Positions 27,476-37,333 are shown, counted from the first letter of the stretch. The stretch: DNA of 53,609 nucleotides from Candidatus Omnitrophota bacterium (GCA_026387405.1 JAPLLV010000030.1:1-53609), one strand, 5' to 3'. Program-made: numbers and translations. Notes: generated by a model from the letters alone, not told the origin.

Positions 27476-28639
27476 TTATTTAAAGATGCGGTTAAATAAA
27501 AGCCCTAAGAGAATGATCTGCGGGACGCTAACGACCGGCATCCACAACGCCACCCGCCTGCCCACATACGTCCATAAAAGGCCAATCTCGGTATAATCCG
27601 TAGCCACACCGGCCATCAGGAAAGTAAAACTGTTTCCCAGGGCCCCGGTCTGGCGATAGATCTCAAAGGCAAGCGGCGATGAACCTTCCGAGCATACCTC
27701 TATAACCGTTGCCAAAGCCAATGTCACAAAAAGGCCCAGCAATGTCGGCCCCATATATTTATGGAAAAAATGTACCGGGATATAGGCGCCGGCGAGACTG
27801 GAAATAAATATCCCGATAATAATCCACCAGAGCACCATATCCGCAAGTGACACTGTCCCTCTCAAGACTCCCCGAGAATCGGCAAGCAGGGTCTTTCGCC
27901 CAAAATGATACCTCTTACACCGCGCCTTGATATCATGGAGAATAGAAAAGCCTTCCCTCAACTCCAGGCTATTGCTATTTTTTTCGATCAGGCCTCTTTC
28001 TTCCAGAAACATAAAGATCAGGCCGGTGTTCACTGCCACGATCAAGGCCGCGATAATAATAAATAACCCCTTAAACCCGAAAAACCCGATCAGCATCACC
28101 GTAATAGTAAAATTTGCCCAAGGGCTGGCCAGCAAAAAGGCCACTACCGCAGGATTCGAGGCCCCCTTTTTATGCAGTTGGATGGTAAGCGCCAGGATCC
28201 CGTGGCTGCAGGCGCTCAACAGAAATCCCAACGACACTGCCTTTATTATCGTGCCGGCTTTCTTCTTGGCAAGGATTTTAGAGATGTATTCCCGCGGGAC
28301 ATAATAATCGATTACGCCGCCTAAGAATAAACCAACTGCAACCGCCCACCAGATCATCCTGATATAACTCAAGAATTCCCTGCGAAAGGCTCCCAGAAAC
28401 GGAAAAACGCCGGCGCCTGCTACGCACAATACAGAAACTGCACTTACAAGAAATAACTTATTTTTAAAAAACGGATTCCTGGACTGCGGCAGACACACTA
28501 TTACGTCTTGCGCGCCCTCCTGCTTAAGAAACTTATCCTTGCAGTGCACAGAACAGAAGAAATACTCATCCCCATCCTTAACCACCCTGACGGCAGAGCG
28601 CTCATCTACATCCATACCGCAAACAGGGTCTCTTTTCAT
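27476..28639 (-). CDS. YHS-domain permease (DUF318/ArsP-like)
   Basis: DPVCGM..YFFCS..C YHS domain; ACSHG, FLLASP, EVCSEGSSP. Confidence 0.85.
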   Translation of the reverse strand: MKRDPVCGMDVDERSAVRVVKDGDEYFFCSVHCKDKFLKQEGAQDVIVCLPQSRNPFFKNKLFLVSAVSVLCVAGAGVFPFLGAFRREFLSYIRMIWWAVAVGLFLGGVIDYYVPREYISKILAKKKAGTIIKAVSLGFLLSACSHGILALTIQLHKKGASNPAVVAFLLASPWANFTITVMLIGFFGFKGLFIIIAALIVAVNTGLIFMFLEERGLIEKNSNSLELREGFSILHDIKARCKRYHFGRKTLLADSRGVLRGTVSLADMVLWWIIIGIFISSLAGAYIPVHFFHKYMGPTLLGLFVTLALATVIEVCSEGSSPLAFEIYRQTGALGNSFTFLMAGVATDYTEIGLLWTYVGRRVALWMPVVSVPQIILLGLLFNRIFK

Positions 28640-28650
28640 CGCTTAACCTA

Positions 28651-29796
28651 TCACTTGAGTTTTAAGTGCTCTCTGCTTAACTTAAGAAAAACGTTAAATG
28701 CATTTCTACTCTTTATATTCTTTATCATCCGAAAGGTTTCAATTAACGCCCAGGCGCCGTAAACCCACAGTATCTCCTCCCGGATACCCGGGATCAAAAA
28801 TTGCACCAGCCATAATATAAAGAGGGCCGAGGCCTCAAAGAACGCGAAATCCATGCTGGCCAGAAAAAGAAATCCCAGGTAAGACTGGACGATAGTCAAA
28901 AGTATCTCTAATCTTTGATGTTCGTCAAAAGTAACGTAGGAAATCTTCCCCATCCCGAAAGAATAGATAAAAGGGATCATTGCCACCAGGATAGTCCATT
29001 GATTGATAGAGGAAGAAACAAAATTTACCAGGGCCATAGGCGCCTTGGTCACTTTTCTCGCCCAGTAAAAAGCCGAGAGTTTCTCCGGGAATTCGCTCAA
29101 GAAAGGCGCTACCCATTGCACAAAGACAAATTGCGAAACGCCTACGGAAACCGCTAAGGCGAGCATGGAATTAAGAAAAGGGTGCGCTGAAAAATACAGG
29201 ATAACTGCCCCGGCGATGAAAAACAAGACGATCCAGATGATGTTAACCGGATATTTATACCGCATCATGAACTTCGGGATACGCCCCAGATCATCCATCT
29301 CTTCCTCATCATGGGGAGGCATTTTTGACAAAAGATACAGGTAAACAAAATAAATAGCTCCTAAGACCAGGCCATCAAAGATATTCAGCGTGCCTTTGAA
29401 ATAAATCACCAAAAAGTAAAGCAGGGCCGGCAGGAGCGCTAATATAGCTATAGAATGTTCATCCTCCAATTCTATAGCCCACAAGCCTTTTTTCCCGCCG
29501 CGTTTCTTATGAAAAAATAATGCTACAAAATAGACCATCGGCCAGCCTAAACCGACAAATAACCTCAAAGAACCCGTGTAGTTGGCGGTGATAAGGTGCA
29601 CCTTGGAAGGATCCTTGGCCGCGGTAAGCGCGATCACCCCTTCCACCGCGAATTCAGGAAGGGTCTGTATCCAGGCAAGCATTGCCAACGCCAGGCCCTG
29701 GGAGATGAAGAATTGGCCGCATTCAGCTGCCCAGGCAATAAGCATAGCTGCTAAAACGATCGCCGGGAAGGTCCATAAAGCGCTAAGTGCTTCCAT
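28651..29796 (-). CDS. Ca2+/cation antiporter (Na/Ca exchanger family)
   Basis: QTLPEFAVE, ANYTGS, APFLSEFPE, SSSINQWT alpha-repeats. Confidence 0.82.
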   Translation of the reverse strand: MEALSALWTFPAIVLAAMLIAWAAECGQFFISQGLALAMLAWIQTLPEFAVEGVIALTAAKDPSKVHLITANYTGSLRLFVGLGWPMVYFVALFFHKKRGGKKGLWAIELEDEHSIAILALLPALLYFLVIYFKGTLNIFDGLVLGAIYFVYLYLLSKMPPHDEEEMDDLGRIPKFMMRYKYPVNIIWIVLFFIAGAVILYFSAHPFLNSMLALAVSVGVSQFVFVQWVAPFLSEFPEKLSAFYWARKVTKAPMALVNFVSSSINQWTILVAMIPFIYSFGMGKISYVTFDEHQRLEILLTIVQSYLGFLFLASMDFAFFEASALFILWLVQFLIPGIREEILWVYGAWALIETFRMIKNIKSRNAFNVFLKLSREHLKLK

Positions 29797-29812
29797 TGGT
29801 TATTATGACTCC

Positions 29813-29862
29813 TTTCACAGAAAGTGAAACACCCGCGCAAATCCGCTTAGCGCGGGGTGTCT
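29813..29862 (+). repeat. Two-hairpin CAC..GGTG element
   Basis: tttcac-agaaa-gtgaaa CAC ccgcgc-aaatccgctta-gcgcgg GGTG tct. Confidence 0.8.
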
Positions 29863-32800
29863 ACAATTTACCCACGTCCACCGTTCCATATTTCATCTCA
29901 TAACGCCATTTCCATATCGCGTAAATCGGCGGATAAACCAATAATTCCAGGATAAAGCTGGTAAATATACCTCCGATCATAGGCGCGGCAATGCGCTTCA
30001 TCATATCCGCGCCCGTGCCCATAGAGTACATAATCGGAATGAGACCCAAGAACATCGCTGTTACTGTCATCATTTTAGGCCTTATGCGTTTTACCGCGCC
30101 GTGGATTATTGCCTCTTTTAAATCTTCAAAGGTCTTCATCTTCCCCTGCCTCACTCTTTCGTAATAAGAAAGGTCCAGGAATAATAACATAAATACCCCT
30201 GTTTCAGCATCAAGGCCCATAAGCGCGATCATTCCCACCCAGACTGCAATGGACATATTGTAGTGCAGAAGGTATAAAAACCAAACTGCGCCGATGAGCG
30301 AAAACGGCACTGCCAGCATTACAATTCCGGCCTTAACAGGAGATTTTGTATTCATGTAAAGCAAAACGAATATTATAAATATGGTAATCGGTATCACTAA
30401 CTTTAACCTTTCTTTGACCCTGAGCATATTTTCGTATTGTCCGCTCCACTGCAAAGAATAGCCTTGCGGGATACGTAGTTCATTTTGCACCACCCTTTTT
30501 GCCTCAAAAACAAAGCTGCCCACGTCACGCCCGGAGATATCCACATACACATAACCGGCAAGCATACCATTTTCATCACGTATCATCGACGGCCCAAGCG
30601 CTAAATGAATATCGGCTAATTGGCCTAAGGGAATCTGCGTTCCGGACATTGTGGGCACAAGCACGCGTTTTAATTTATCCAGATCATCGCGTAATTCTCT
30701 GGCATAACGCACATTCACCGTGTAACGTTCTCTGCCTTCTACGGTAGTAGTAACGGGCTCGCCTCCTATGGCAGAGACAATTACCTCTTCTACTTCTTTT
30801 ACAGTTAAGCCGTATCTGGCGATCTGCTCGCGCTTGATATCAAAATCCACAAAATAGCCGCCGGTAACGCGCTCCGCATATGCGCTGCGCGTGCCCCTTA
30901 TGTTCTTTACAATAGTTTCTATGCGCTTTCCGATTGCTTCTATTTCTTTTAAGTCAGCGCCGTAAATTTTTATGCCTATCGGCGTACGCACTCCGGTAGA
31001 TAACATATCAATGCGCGCTTTTATAGGCATAGTCCAGGCGTTAGTTACTCCGGGAAACTGCATTTTATTATCCAATTCATTGACTATGTCTTCCCCGGTT
31101 ATACGATCACGCCATATCGGCCGCAAAGGCGCCTGTAAAAAATTCGGCATCCGGGAATACCATCTATGCACCTTTCTCCACTCACTCTCAGGCTTTAATA
31201 CAATGGTGGTCTCCATCATAGAAAAAGGCGCCGGGTCGGTTGAGGTCTCTGCTCGGCCTGCCTTGCCGAAAACCCGTTCCACCTCAGGGACGGTTTTGAT
31301 GATCTTATCCATGGTCTGCAAGAGCCTTTGCGTTTCGGTCACAGAGATCCCGGGCAGGGTCGTAGGCATATAAAGGATCGTGCCTTCATTTAAAGGAGGC
31401 ATAAATTCTGACCCTAATTTCATGAACACGGGGATAGCGGAAAGAACCAATAGGCCGGCGGCAATTAATGTGGCTTTGCGGTATTTCAAGACAAAATTAC
31501 AGGCGGGTTCATAAATTCTAAATAGGATCTTACTCACCGGGTGCTTTTCTTCCGGATAATATTTTCCTACGGTAATGGCATTGAATATATTCGATAGCCA
31601 CCTCGGTCTAAAATGTTTGTAATCCATCCTGGCAAATAGCATACGCATTGCCGGGTCTAATGTTATCGCTAAAATAGCGGCGATTGCCATGGCAAAGTTT
31701 TTGCTGAAGGCCAGAGGCTTAAACAGCCGGCCTTCCTGGTCTACTAATGTAAATACAGGCAGGAACGCCACCGCGATCACAAGAAGCGAGAAAAATACCG
31801 ACGGCCCCACTTCCTTTAAGGCATTTAACCTTACTACGTGAAAATCGCCGATACGCCCGCCTTCCTCCCATAGCTGTAATTTTTTGTAAGCATTTTCCAC
31901 TTCGACAATCGCGCCATCCACCAATACGCCTATTGATATGGCTATGCCGGAGAGAGACATAATATTACTGGTTAAGCGCATTCCATAAAGCAGGATAAAA
32001 GACAGAAGCACTGCTATAGGTATGGTGACAATGGGAATTATTGCCGAAGGAAAATGCCACAAGAATAATAGTATGACAAAGCTGACGATGATCATTTCTT
32101 CCGTCAGCTGATGCTTCAATGTCTCAATAGAGCGTAAAATCAGTTCTGAGCGGTCATAGGTTGTAACGATCTCAACTCCCTTGGGCAAGGCGGGTTTTAT
32201 CTCTTCTATCTTTTCCTTTACCCGTTTAACCACATTAAGCGCGTTCTCGCCCTGGCGCATCACCACAATGCCGCCTACCGTATCACCTTCTCCGTCTAAA
32301 TCCGCAACGCCCCGCCGGATCTCCGGGCCCAAAACCACTTGCGCGATATTTTTAATCAGTATCGGCGTACCGTCCATATTATTGCCGACTACAATATTCT
32401 CTATATTCTGCACGCTCTTTGCATAACCGCGGCCGCGCACCATATATTCTGTGCCGGATAATTCAACCAGCCTACCGCCTACATCATTATTCCCGGAACG
32501 GATCGCCTCCATAACCCGCGTTAAGGGGACTTTATATGCCAGTAACGCGTTAGGATTGATATTTACCTGATATTGCTTCTGGAACCCGCCTATAGAGGCT
32601 ACCTCTGCCACGCCCGGCACGCTTTGCAGCCAGTAACGCAAATACCAGTCCTGGAAACTGCGCAATTGCGCTAAATTATTCTTCCCACTTCTATCTACTA
32701 ACGCGTATTGATAGACCCAGCCGACGCCTGTGGCATCAGGACCTATTTCTGTGCGTACTCCTTCGGGAAGCTTGGGGATGATTTTACTTAAATACTCCAA

Positions 32801-33127
32801 AGTGCGTGAGCGCGCCCAATAAATATCCGTACCATCCTGAAAAATGATATAAACATAAGAAAAACCAAAATCAGAAAAACCTCGAATGGCTTTTATTTTT
32901 GGCGCGCCCAGCATCGCGCTTACAATAGGATAGGTAACCTGATCCTCAATAATATCCGGCGACCTATCCCAGCGCGAATAAATAATTACCTGGGTATCGG
33001 ACAAATCAGGAATCGCGTCCAGGGGGATATTCCTGGTGCAGTAGACCGCGCCGAACATTGCCACGATGGTGAAAATAATAACCAGGTATTTATTTTTTGC
33101 TGAAAACTCGATTACTCTTTCTATCAT
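29861..33127 (-). CDS. cusA: CusA/CzcA heavy-metal RND efflux pump (Cu/Ag type)
   Basis: DAIPDLSD, YWARSR, GPDATGVGW, NIMSL.GIAI, GSEFMPPL.EG.ILYM, RIRPKMMT. Confidence 0.95.
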   Translation of the reverse strand: MIERVIEFSAKNKYLVIIFTIVAMFGAVYCTRNIPLDAIPDLSDTQVIIYSRWDRSPDIIEDQVTYPIVSAMLGAPKIKAIRGFSDFGFSYVYIIFQDGTDIYWARSRTLEYLSKIIPKLPEGVRTEIGPDATGVGWVYQYALVDRSGKNNLAQLRSFQDWYLRYWLQSVPGVAEVASIGGFQKQYQVNINPNALLAYKVPLTRVMEAIRSGNNDVGGRLVELSGTEYMVRGRGYAKSVQNIENIVVGNNMDGTPILIKNIAQVVLGPEIRRGVADLDGEGDTVGGIVVMRQGENALNVVKRVKEKIEEIKPALPKGVEIVTTYDRSELILRSIETLKHQLTEEMIIVSFVILLFLWHFPSAIIPIVTIPIAVLLSFILLYGMRLTSNIMSLSGIAISIGVLVDGAIVEVENAYKKLQLWEEGGRIGDFHVVRLNALKEVGPSVFFSLLVIAVAFLPVFTLVDQEGRLFKPLAFSKNFAMAIAAILAITLDPAMRMLFARMDYKHFRPRWLSNIFNAITVGKYYPEEKHPVSKILFRIYEPACNFVLKYRKATLIAAGLLVLSAIPVFMKLGSEFMPPLNEGTILYMPTTLPGISVTETQRLLQTMDKIIKTVPEVERVFGKAGRAETSTDPAPFSMMETTIVLKPESEWRKVHRWYSRMPNFLQAPLRPIWRDRITGEDIVNELDNKMQFPGVTNAWTMPIKARIDMLSTGVRTPIGIKIYGADLKEIEAIGKRIETIVKNIRGTRSAYAERVTGGYFVDFDIKREQIARYGLTVKEVEEVIVSAIGGEPVTTTVEGRERYTVNVRYARELRDDLDKLKRVLVPTMSGTQIPLGQLADIHLALGPSMIRDENGMLAGYVYVDISGRDVGSFVFEAKRVVQNELRIPQGYSLQWSGQYENMLRVKERLKLVIPITIFIIFVLLYMNTKSPVKAGIVMLAVPFSLIGAVWFLYLLHYNMSIAVWVGMIALMGLDAETGVFMLLFLDLSYYERVRQGKMKTFEDLKEAIIHGAVKRIRPKMMTVTAMFLGLIPIMYSMGTGADMMKRIAAPMIGGIFTSFILELLVYPPIYAIWKWRYEMKYGTVDVGKL

Positions 33128-33135
33128 TTAAATGA

Positions 33136-33270
33136 GCAGACAACTTACGGAGCTATTACTTACGTTATTTGCGACGTAAGTTGTAGCCTGTAGGGCGTCT
33201 GCGAATTAATCCCGAGCTTACGCATAAGATTCCGAAGGAATCTTAAAGTGATTAAGCTAGGGAATTATTG
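33136..33270. repeat. Nested palindromic intergenic element(s) between cusB and cusA
   Basis: acaacttacg..cgtaagttgt, taagattcc-gaa-ggaatctta, cccgagctta..taagctaggg. Confidence 0.6.
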
Positions 33271-33273
33271 ACC

Positions 33274-34341
33274 CTATTTTTTCTCTTCCCCTGAACTGAT
33301 TGCGCCCTTTAATTTACTTTCAGAATCAACCAGGAAATTTCCGCTGGTTACAACCATATCGCCCTCTTTTAGGCCATCTAACACTTCATAAAACCCGGCT
33401 GCCTTTTGGCCCAAACCAACCTCTCGCGCTTCCAGCATATCGCCTTCCTTGACCAGATAAACTATTTTTCTTACTCCGGTATCCAAAACAGCGGATTCCG
33501 GTAAAGCCAATTTTTCACCCAGATCAACTAAGATGCTGGCATTAATATACATCTCGGGCTTAAGTTTATGCGCGGGATCCTTGATCTCCGCTCTTACCTG
33601 GGAGGAACGGGTAGCCGTATCCAAAACCGGATTTATGGCAATAACCTTTCCTTCGAAAGACTCTCCCGCAAATGCAGTTGCCTCTATTTTAACCGGCGTG
33701 CCCTCCTTGATCAGCCCGATTTCGTATTCATACACCGCCAGATATCCCCATACGGTATCTTCATCCGTAGAAAAGAGGAGATTTTCCTGAGGCCTGTTGC
33801 GCTTTGCCAGCTCTTTTATCTCTCCCTCGGTCATTCCTAGAAGACGCAGCCTCTTTTGCGCCGCGCTCACCAGCCCTAAAGTCTGTTTCTTGATTATAGG
33901 AGCAGAGTATCCATAAATCCTGTTCCTGGTCTTTAGCGCCTGCAGGTATTCCTGTTGCGCCGTATATAAACCCGGATCATAGGCAATTTTGCCTACCGCG
34001 AGAATCTCGTGCACTAGTTTTCTTTTCTCGACTTTATCTTTTTCCACTCCGATAAGTTGCTGTTTTTCCGAAGATATGTGTATCCCCGAAACAGCATCTC
34101 CACCAGAGGATTCTTCATACACAGGGACATAATCCATGCCCATGGAGTCTTTCATCGGCACAGGGCTAGTTACTTCCGGGTTCATGGGGTTGCGGTAATA
34201 AAGAACCTTGCGTTGGGATTTCACGGGGGCAGGCTGCCCGCTCATTTTATCCCGGTGCTCGAAATAGCTAAAAATTAAACCCGTAAGCACCGATGTCAGC
34301 GCGATAGCCAGGATAATTAATAAAACTTTAGTCTTTTTCAT
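33274..34341 (-). CDS. cusB: CusB-like periplasmic adaptor (appears to lack the lipoyl domain)
   Basis: YRNPMNP..KDSMGMDYVP metal motif, AQQEYL, LKPEMY, PESAVLDTG, SGNFLVDSE. Confidence 0.85.
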   Translation of the reverse strand: MKKTKVLLIILAIALTSVLTGLIFSYFEHRDKMSGQPAPVKSQRKVLYYRNPMNPEVTSPVPMKDSMGMDYVPVYEESSGGDAVSGIHISSEKQQLIGVEKDKVEKRKLVHEILAVGKIAYDPGLYTAQQEYLQALKTRNRIYGYSAPIIKKQTLGLVSAAQKRLRLLGMTEGEIKELAKRNRPQENLLFSTDEDTVWGYLAVYEYEIGLIKEGTPVKIEATAFAGESFEGKVIAINPVLDTATRSSQVRAEIKDPAHKLKPEMYINASILVDLGEKLALPESAVLDTGVRKIVYLVKEGDMLEAREVGLGQKAAGFYEVLDGLKEGDMVVTSGNFLVDSESKLKGAISSGEEKK

Positions 34342-35402
34342 TTGTTTTCCTCCATCAAATCAATGCCTACGGAAAACTCCAGATCCGACAAGCCCATATG
34401 ATAATCAACAAGGGCTCGGTAATATGACATCTTGGTCTCCACCAGCATCCGCAGGGTATCCAACAAGCCCATAAAGTCGCCTTTGCCCGTACGAATGGCT
34501 GAAAGAGAAGATTCGATAGAGTTCTCTAATAAAGGTATCTGACTATTCTTATACAGGTTGATCTTACTTTTGGCTATCCCTATCTTTACCACCATATCCT
34601 GCGTCTGGATAAAAGCCCTGTTCTTCATCGACTGATACGCCGCCTTTGCTTCATCTAAATTGGCTATGGCCTCTTTTATCTCATAACGCTGCTTGGCCCA
34701 GAACCAGAAAGGCATGGTAAATGAAAGCGCGATATCCCAGGGGCCGATCGACCCTGAGGTAATACCGCGCATGACTATCTCGGACATTAGATCCGGCAGA
34801 AGGCTTCTCTGAGCCAAAGACTTGGCGAATTTGTTCCTTTCTATGGCCAAGGCAAAGGTCGATAACTCCGGCTGATTCTCAAGGGTCAGCTTATACAAAG
34901 AATCAACGTCTTTATTAAAGTTGACAGCTTCCTCTAATTGAGGAACACCTAAAGATACGCGCGCGTCCCGGTTTAAGAGCATGTTTATGCGTGTTTCTAT
35001 GGCCCGTTTTTCCTGGTTTAAATTTTCGATATCATTACTTAATTTTGCCATTTCCAGGACTATTTTAAAGAACTGTTCTTGCGAGGCCTCTCCTACAATA
35101 TATTTAGACTCAATAATATTGGCAACGGAGTCTAGAACCGACAGGCTCTCTTTATCTAACTCCGCCTGCTTATAATTCATAAAAAGGTCGTGATAGGCGT
35201 GCTTCAACTCTTCGATAACCCCTAACTCTTTATTTTTGTACTCCGCGGCGAACATCTGTGATTCTAAAAAGGCGATCTTGCCTTTAAGGGAAAGCTTGCC
35301 AAAAAGCGGAGAAAGGACCTGGGCCTTCTCTTCTGAATACAAAAACCCCACATTAAGGAAAAAAGTAGTGATCAATATAAGAATACTGACCTTTTTAATC
35401 AT
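34338..35402 (-). CDS. TolC/CusC-family outer-membrane factor, short (possible internal deletion)
   Basis: Signal peptide, GKLSLKG, NQPEL, LPD, MPFWFW, helical OEP repeats; adjacent to cusBA. Confidence 0.75.
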   Translation of the reverse strand: MIKKVSILILITTFFLNVGFLYSEEKAQVLSPLFGKLSLKGKIAFLESQMFAAEYKNKELGVIEELKHAYHDLFMNYKQAELDKESLSVLDSVANIIESKYIVGEASQEQFFKIVLEMAKLSNDIENLNQEKRAIETRINMLLNRDARVSLGVPQLEEAVNFNKDVDSLYKLTLENQPELSTFALAIERNKFAKSLAQRSLLPDLMSEIVMRGITSGSIGPWDIALSFTMPFWFWAKQRYEIKEAIANLDEAKAAYQSMKNRAFIQTQDMVVKIGIAKSKINLYKNSQIPLLENSIESSLSAIRTGKGDFMGLLDTLRMLVETKMSYYRALVDYHMGLSDLEFSVGIDLMEENK

Positions 35403-35415
35403 ATTTATATAAAAC

Positions 35416-35703
35416 TTATTTTCTATACCTGGAAAGCAGCTCTACAACCTCGTTTACTTTCTTCGCCTTCTCGCCTTCAGACTTACCGGCAAAAGCATGG
35501 ACCACGCAGCCTTCAATGTGCTTCCTGAAGACCTCGTTTTCCACCCGGTAAAGCGCTCCGATAATGGAATGTAACTGCGTGATTATGTCCACGCAATAGC
35601 GCTTTTCCTGGATCATCTTCTCGATGCCGCGGATCTGCCCCTCTATTTTGCTTAAGTAGGCAAGCTGCTCCTCATGGGTAGTAAGTTGTTCCATGGTATA
35701 CAC
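35416..35703 (-). CDS. csoR: CsoR/RcnR-family metal-sensing repressor
   Basis: IEGQIRGI, YCVDIITQ, HIEGCV (C-H-C ligand set). Confidence 0.9.
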   Translation of the reverse strand: MYTMEQLTTHEEQLAYLSKIEGQIRGIEKMIQEKRYCVDIITQLHSIIGALYRVENEVFRKHIEGCVVHAFAGKSEGEKAKKVNEVVELLSRYRK

Positions 35704-35721
35704 CTCTTTTAATATCTAATC

Positions 35722-35830
35722 TTATTTCCCGCCTGTCGTGTTTGTAAATACAAAACACGCCAAACGGCGGGATAAATTTGGCCAAACAACTTATGTTCGC
35801 TCACTTCGTTCACTCCATAAGTTGTGGCCT
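35722..35830. repeat. Palindromic intergenic elements upstream of csoR
   Basis: tcccgcc..ggcggga hairpin, then acaacttatg..cataagttgt, related to 33140-33184. Confidence 0.55.
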
Positions 35831-35837
35831 CATTTAA

Positions 35838-35867
35838 AGTATACCATACCCCCCTACCCTATGTCAA
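35838..35867 (-). promoter_or_regulatory. Sigma70 promoter with a CsoR/RcnR-type G-tract operator
   Basis: TTGACA-18 nt-TATACT enclosing CATAgggtaggggggTATG. Confidence 0.8.
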
Positions 35868-35917
35868 GTTTTTTTTAAAAATTCCCTAGCTGTATATTTA
35901 AGCCAGGGATTTTATTC

Positions 35918-36517
35918 CTAAAAAAGCTCCTGGAACCTCTCTATCTCTCTCTTCACGTCCCTTTTGGCCACTACTGCCGATACGGCGCAGATACAATCCG
36001 CGCCCGCCCTGACTACCTCTCCCCCGTTTAATAGATCTATCCCGCCGATTGCCACTATAGGAAGAGAAACGCGTTTTTTTATCATGCGGATCAGCCCGGT
36101 GCCGCAAGGCCTCCCGGCATCAAATTTGGTCAGCGTGGCAAAGACAGGGGAAACTCCGATATAATCCGCCCCCTCCTCTTCGGCCGCGAGTGCCTCTTTA
36201 ATGTTATGGACCGTAAGCCCAATGATCCTCTTTTTTCCTAACAACCTGCGGGCAACCCGGTACGAAAGATCTTCTCTTCCCAGGTGCACTCCGTCTGCCT
36301 CAACCGCCAGTGCAATATCCACCCTATCGTTGATCAGAAATTTTATGCGCTGGCATATCGCCCTTAATTTCAGGGCCTCAATAAAAAGTTCTTTCGTGTC
36401 TTTGTGTTTGTCGCGGTATTGTACGATCTCTACCTTAGCGGCTAGAGCGGCTTTGACATCGGATATATTTCCCGAGCGGGATAGGCCGGCATCGGTGATA
36501 AAATAGTAACCCCTCAT
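35918..36517 (-). CDS. thiE: Thiamine-phosphate synthase
   Basis: YFITD, QYRDK, INDRVD, GVHLG, T.TK, VAIGGI. Confidence 0.95.
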   Translation of the reverse strand: MRGYYFITDAGLSRSGNISDVKAALAAKVEIVQYRDKHKDTKELFIEALKLRAICQRIKFLINDRVDIALAVEADGVHLGREDLSYRVARRLLGKKRIIGLTVHNIKEALAAEEEGADYIGVSPVFATLTKFDAGRPCGTGLIRMIKKRVSLPIVAIGGIDLLNGGEVVRAGADCICAVSAVVAKRDVKREIERFQELF

Positions 36518-37317
36518 GCCTCGACTTTTTGCAGCGTATCTATGGTATTTTTATCTAAATGATAAAGGTTGTCGTAGAGTTTCTCTTTAAACTGGCCCGG
36601 CCCCCGGGAACCGGCAGCGGCGAGTTCCGCGGCGATCTCAAAACAGACCAAACCACAGGTTGAGGCATAAACCATATCTTCATTTACAGAAGCAAATGTC
36701 CCGATAACCGAAGCAGCCATGCAGCCGGTGCCCACAATATGCGTCATCAAAGGGTGGCCGTTCTTGACTATATAAAGCCTCTCTCCATCGGTAACAATAT
36801 CTTCCTTGCCGGTAACTACAACCGTGCACTTACGGGCTAGCGCCAGGCCTTTAGCCAGAAGCAACAGGTCTTTTTTCACCTTACCCGCGTCCACACCCCT
36901 GGTCTTCACCTCTTCGCCCGCTATGCGCGCTATTTCCGAGGCATTACCTTTTACGATATCGATTTTTACCTCATCCAATAACTCAAAAGATTTCCTATCC
37001 CTTAGATGCGTTGCCCCGGCGCCGCAGACATCTAATAGCACAGGGATCTTCTTTTTGTTCGCGGCCTTAGCGGCGATCTTCATCGCCTCAATAAAGTCTA
37101 CTGTAAGCGTACCGATATTTAACACTAGGCCTGAAGCAATGCCGGCCATCTCGGCAACCTCTTCCGGAGCGTGAGCCATTACCGGAGACGCGCCCAGGAC
37201 CTTTACTACGTTGGCGCAAGTCTCGATAGTAACCCAGTTGGTCAAGTGATGCACCACCGGCTTCTTGAGGCGCACCTTCTCCAGGACTTCATACGCGCGG
37301 ATCTTTATCTTCTTCAT
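36514..37317 (-). CDS. thiM: Hydroxyethylthiazole kinase
   Basis: HHLTNWVT, GASPVMA, LNIGTL, KGNASEI, VGTGC; start moved to MKKIKIR. Confidence 0.93.
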   Translation of the reverse strand: MKKIKIRAYEVLEKVRLKKPVVHHLTNWVTIETCANVVKVLGASPVMAHAPEEVAEMAGIASGLVLNIGTLTVDFIEAMKIAAKAANKKKIPVLLDVCGAGATHLRDRKSFELLDEVKIDIVKGNASEIARIAGEEVKTRGVDAGKVKKDLLLLAKGLALARKCTVVVTGKEDIVTDGERLYIVKNGHPLMTHIVGTGCMAASVIGTFASVNEDMVYASTCGLVCFEIAAELAAAGSRGPGQFKEKLYDNLYHLDKNTIDTLQKVEA

Positions 37318-37333
37318 CTTTATGTGGAGCTTT

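Noticed and set aside
19733-29862. CRISPR array interpretation of the repeats
   Set aside because: No regularly spaced identical repeats with unique spacers and no cas genes
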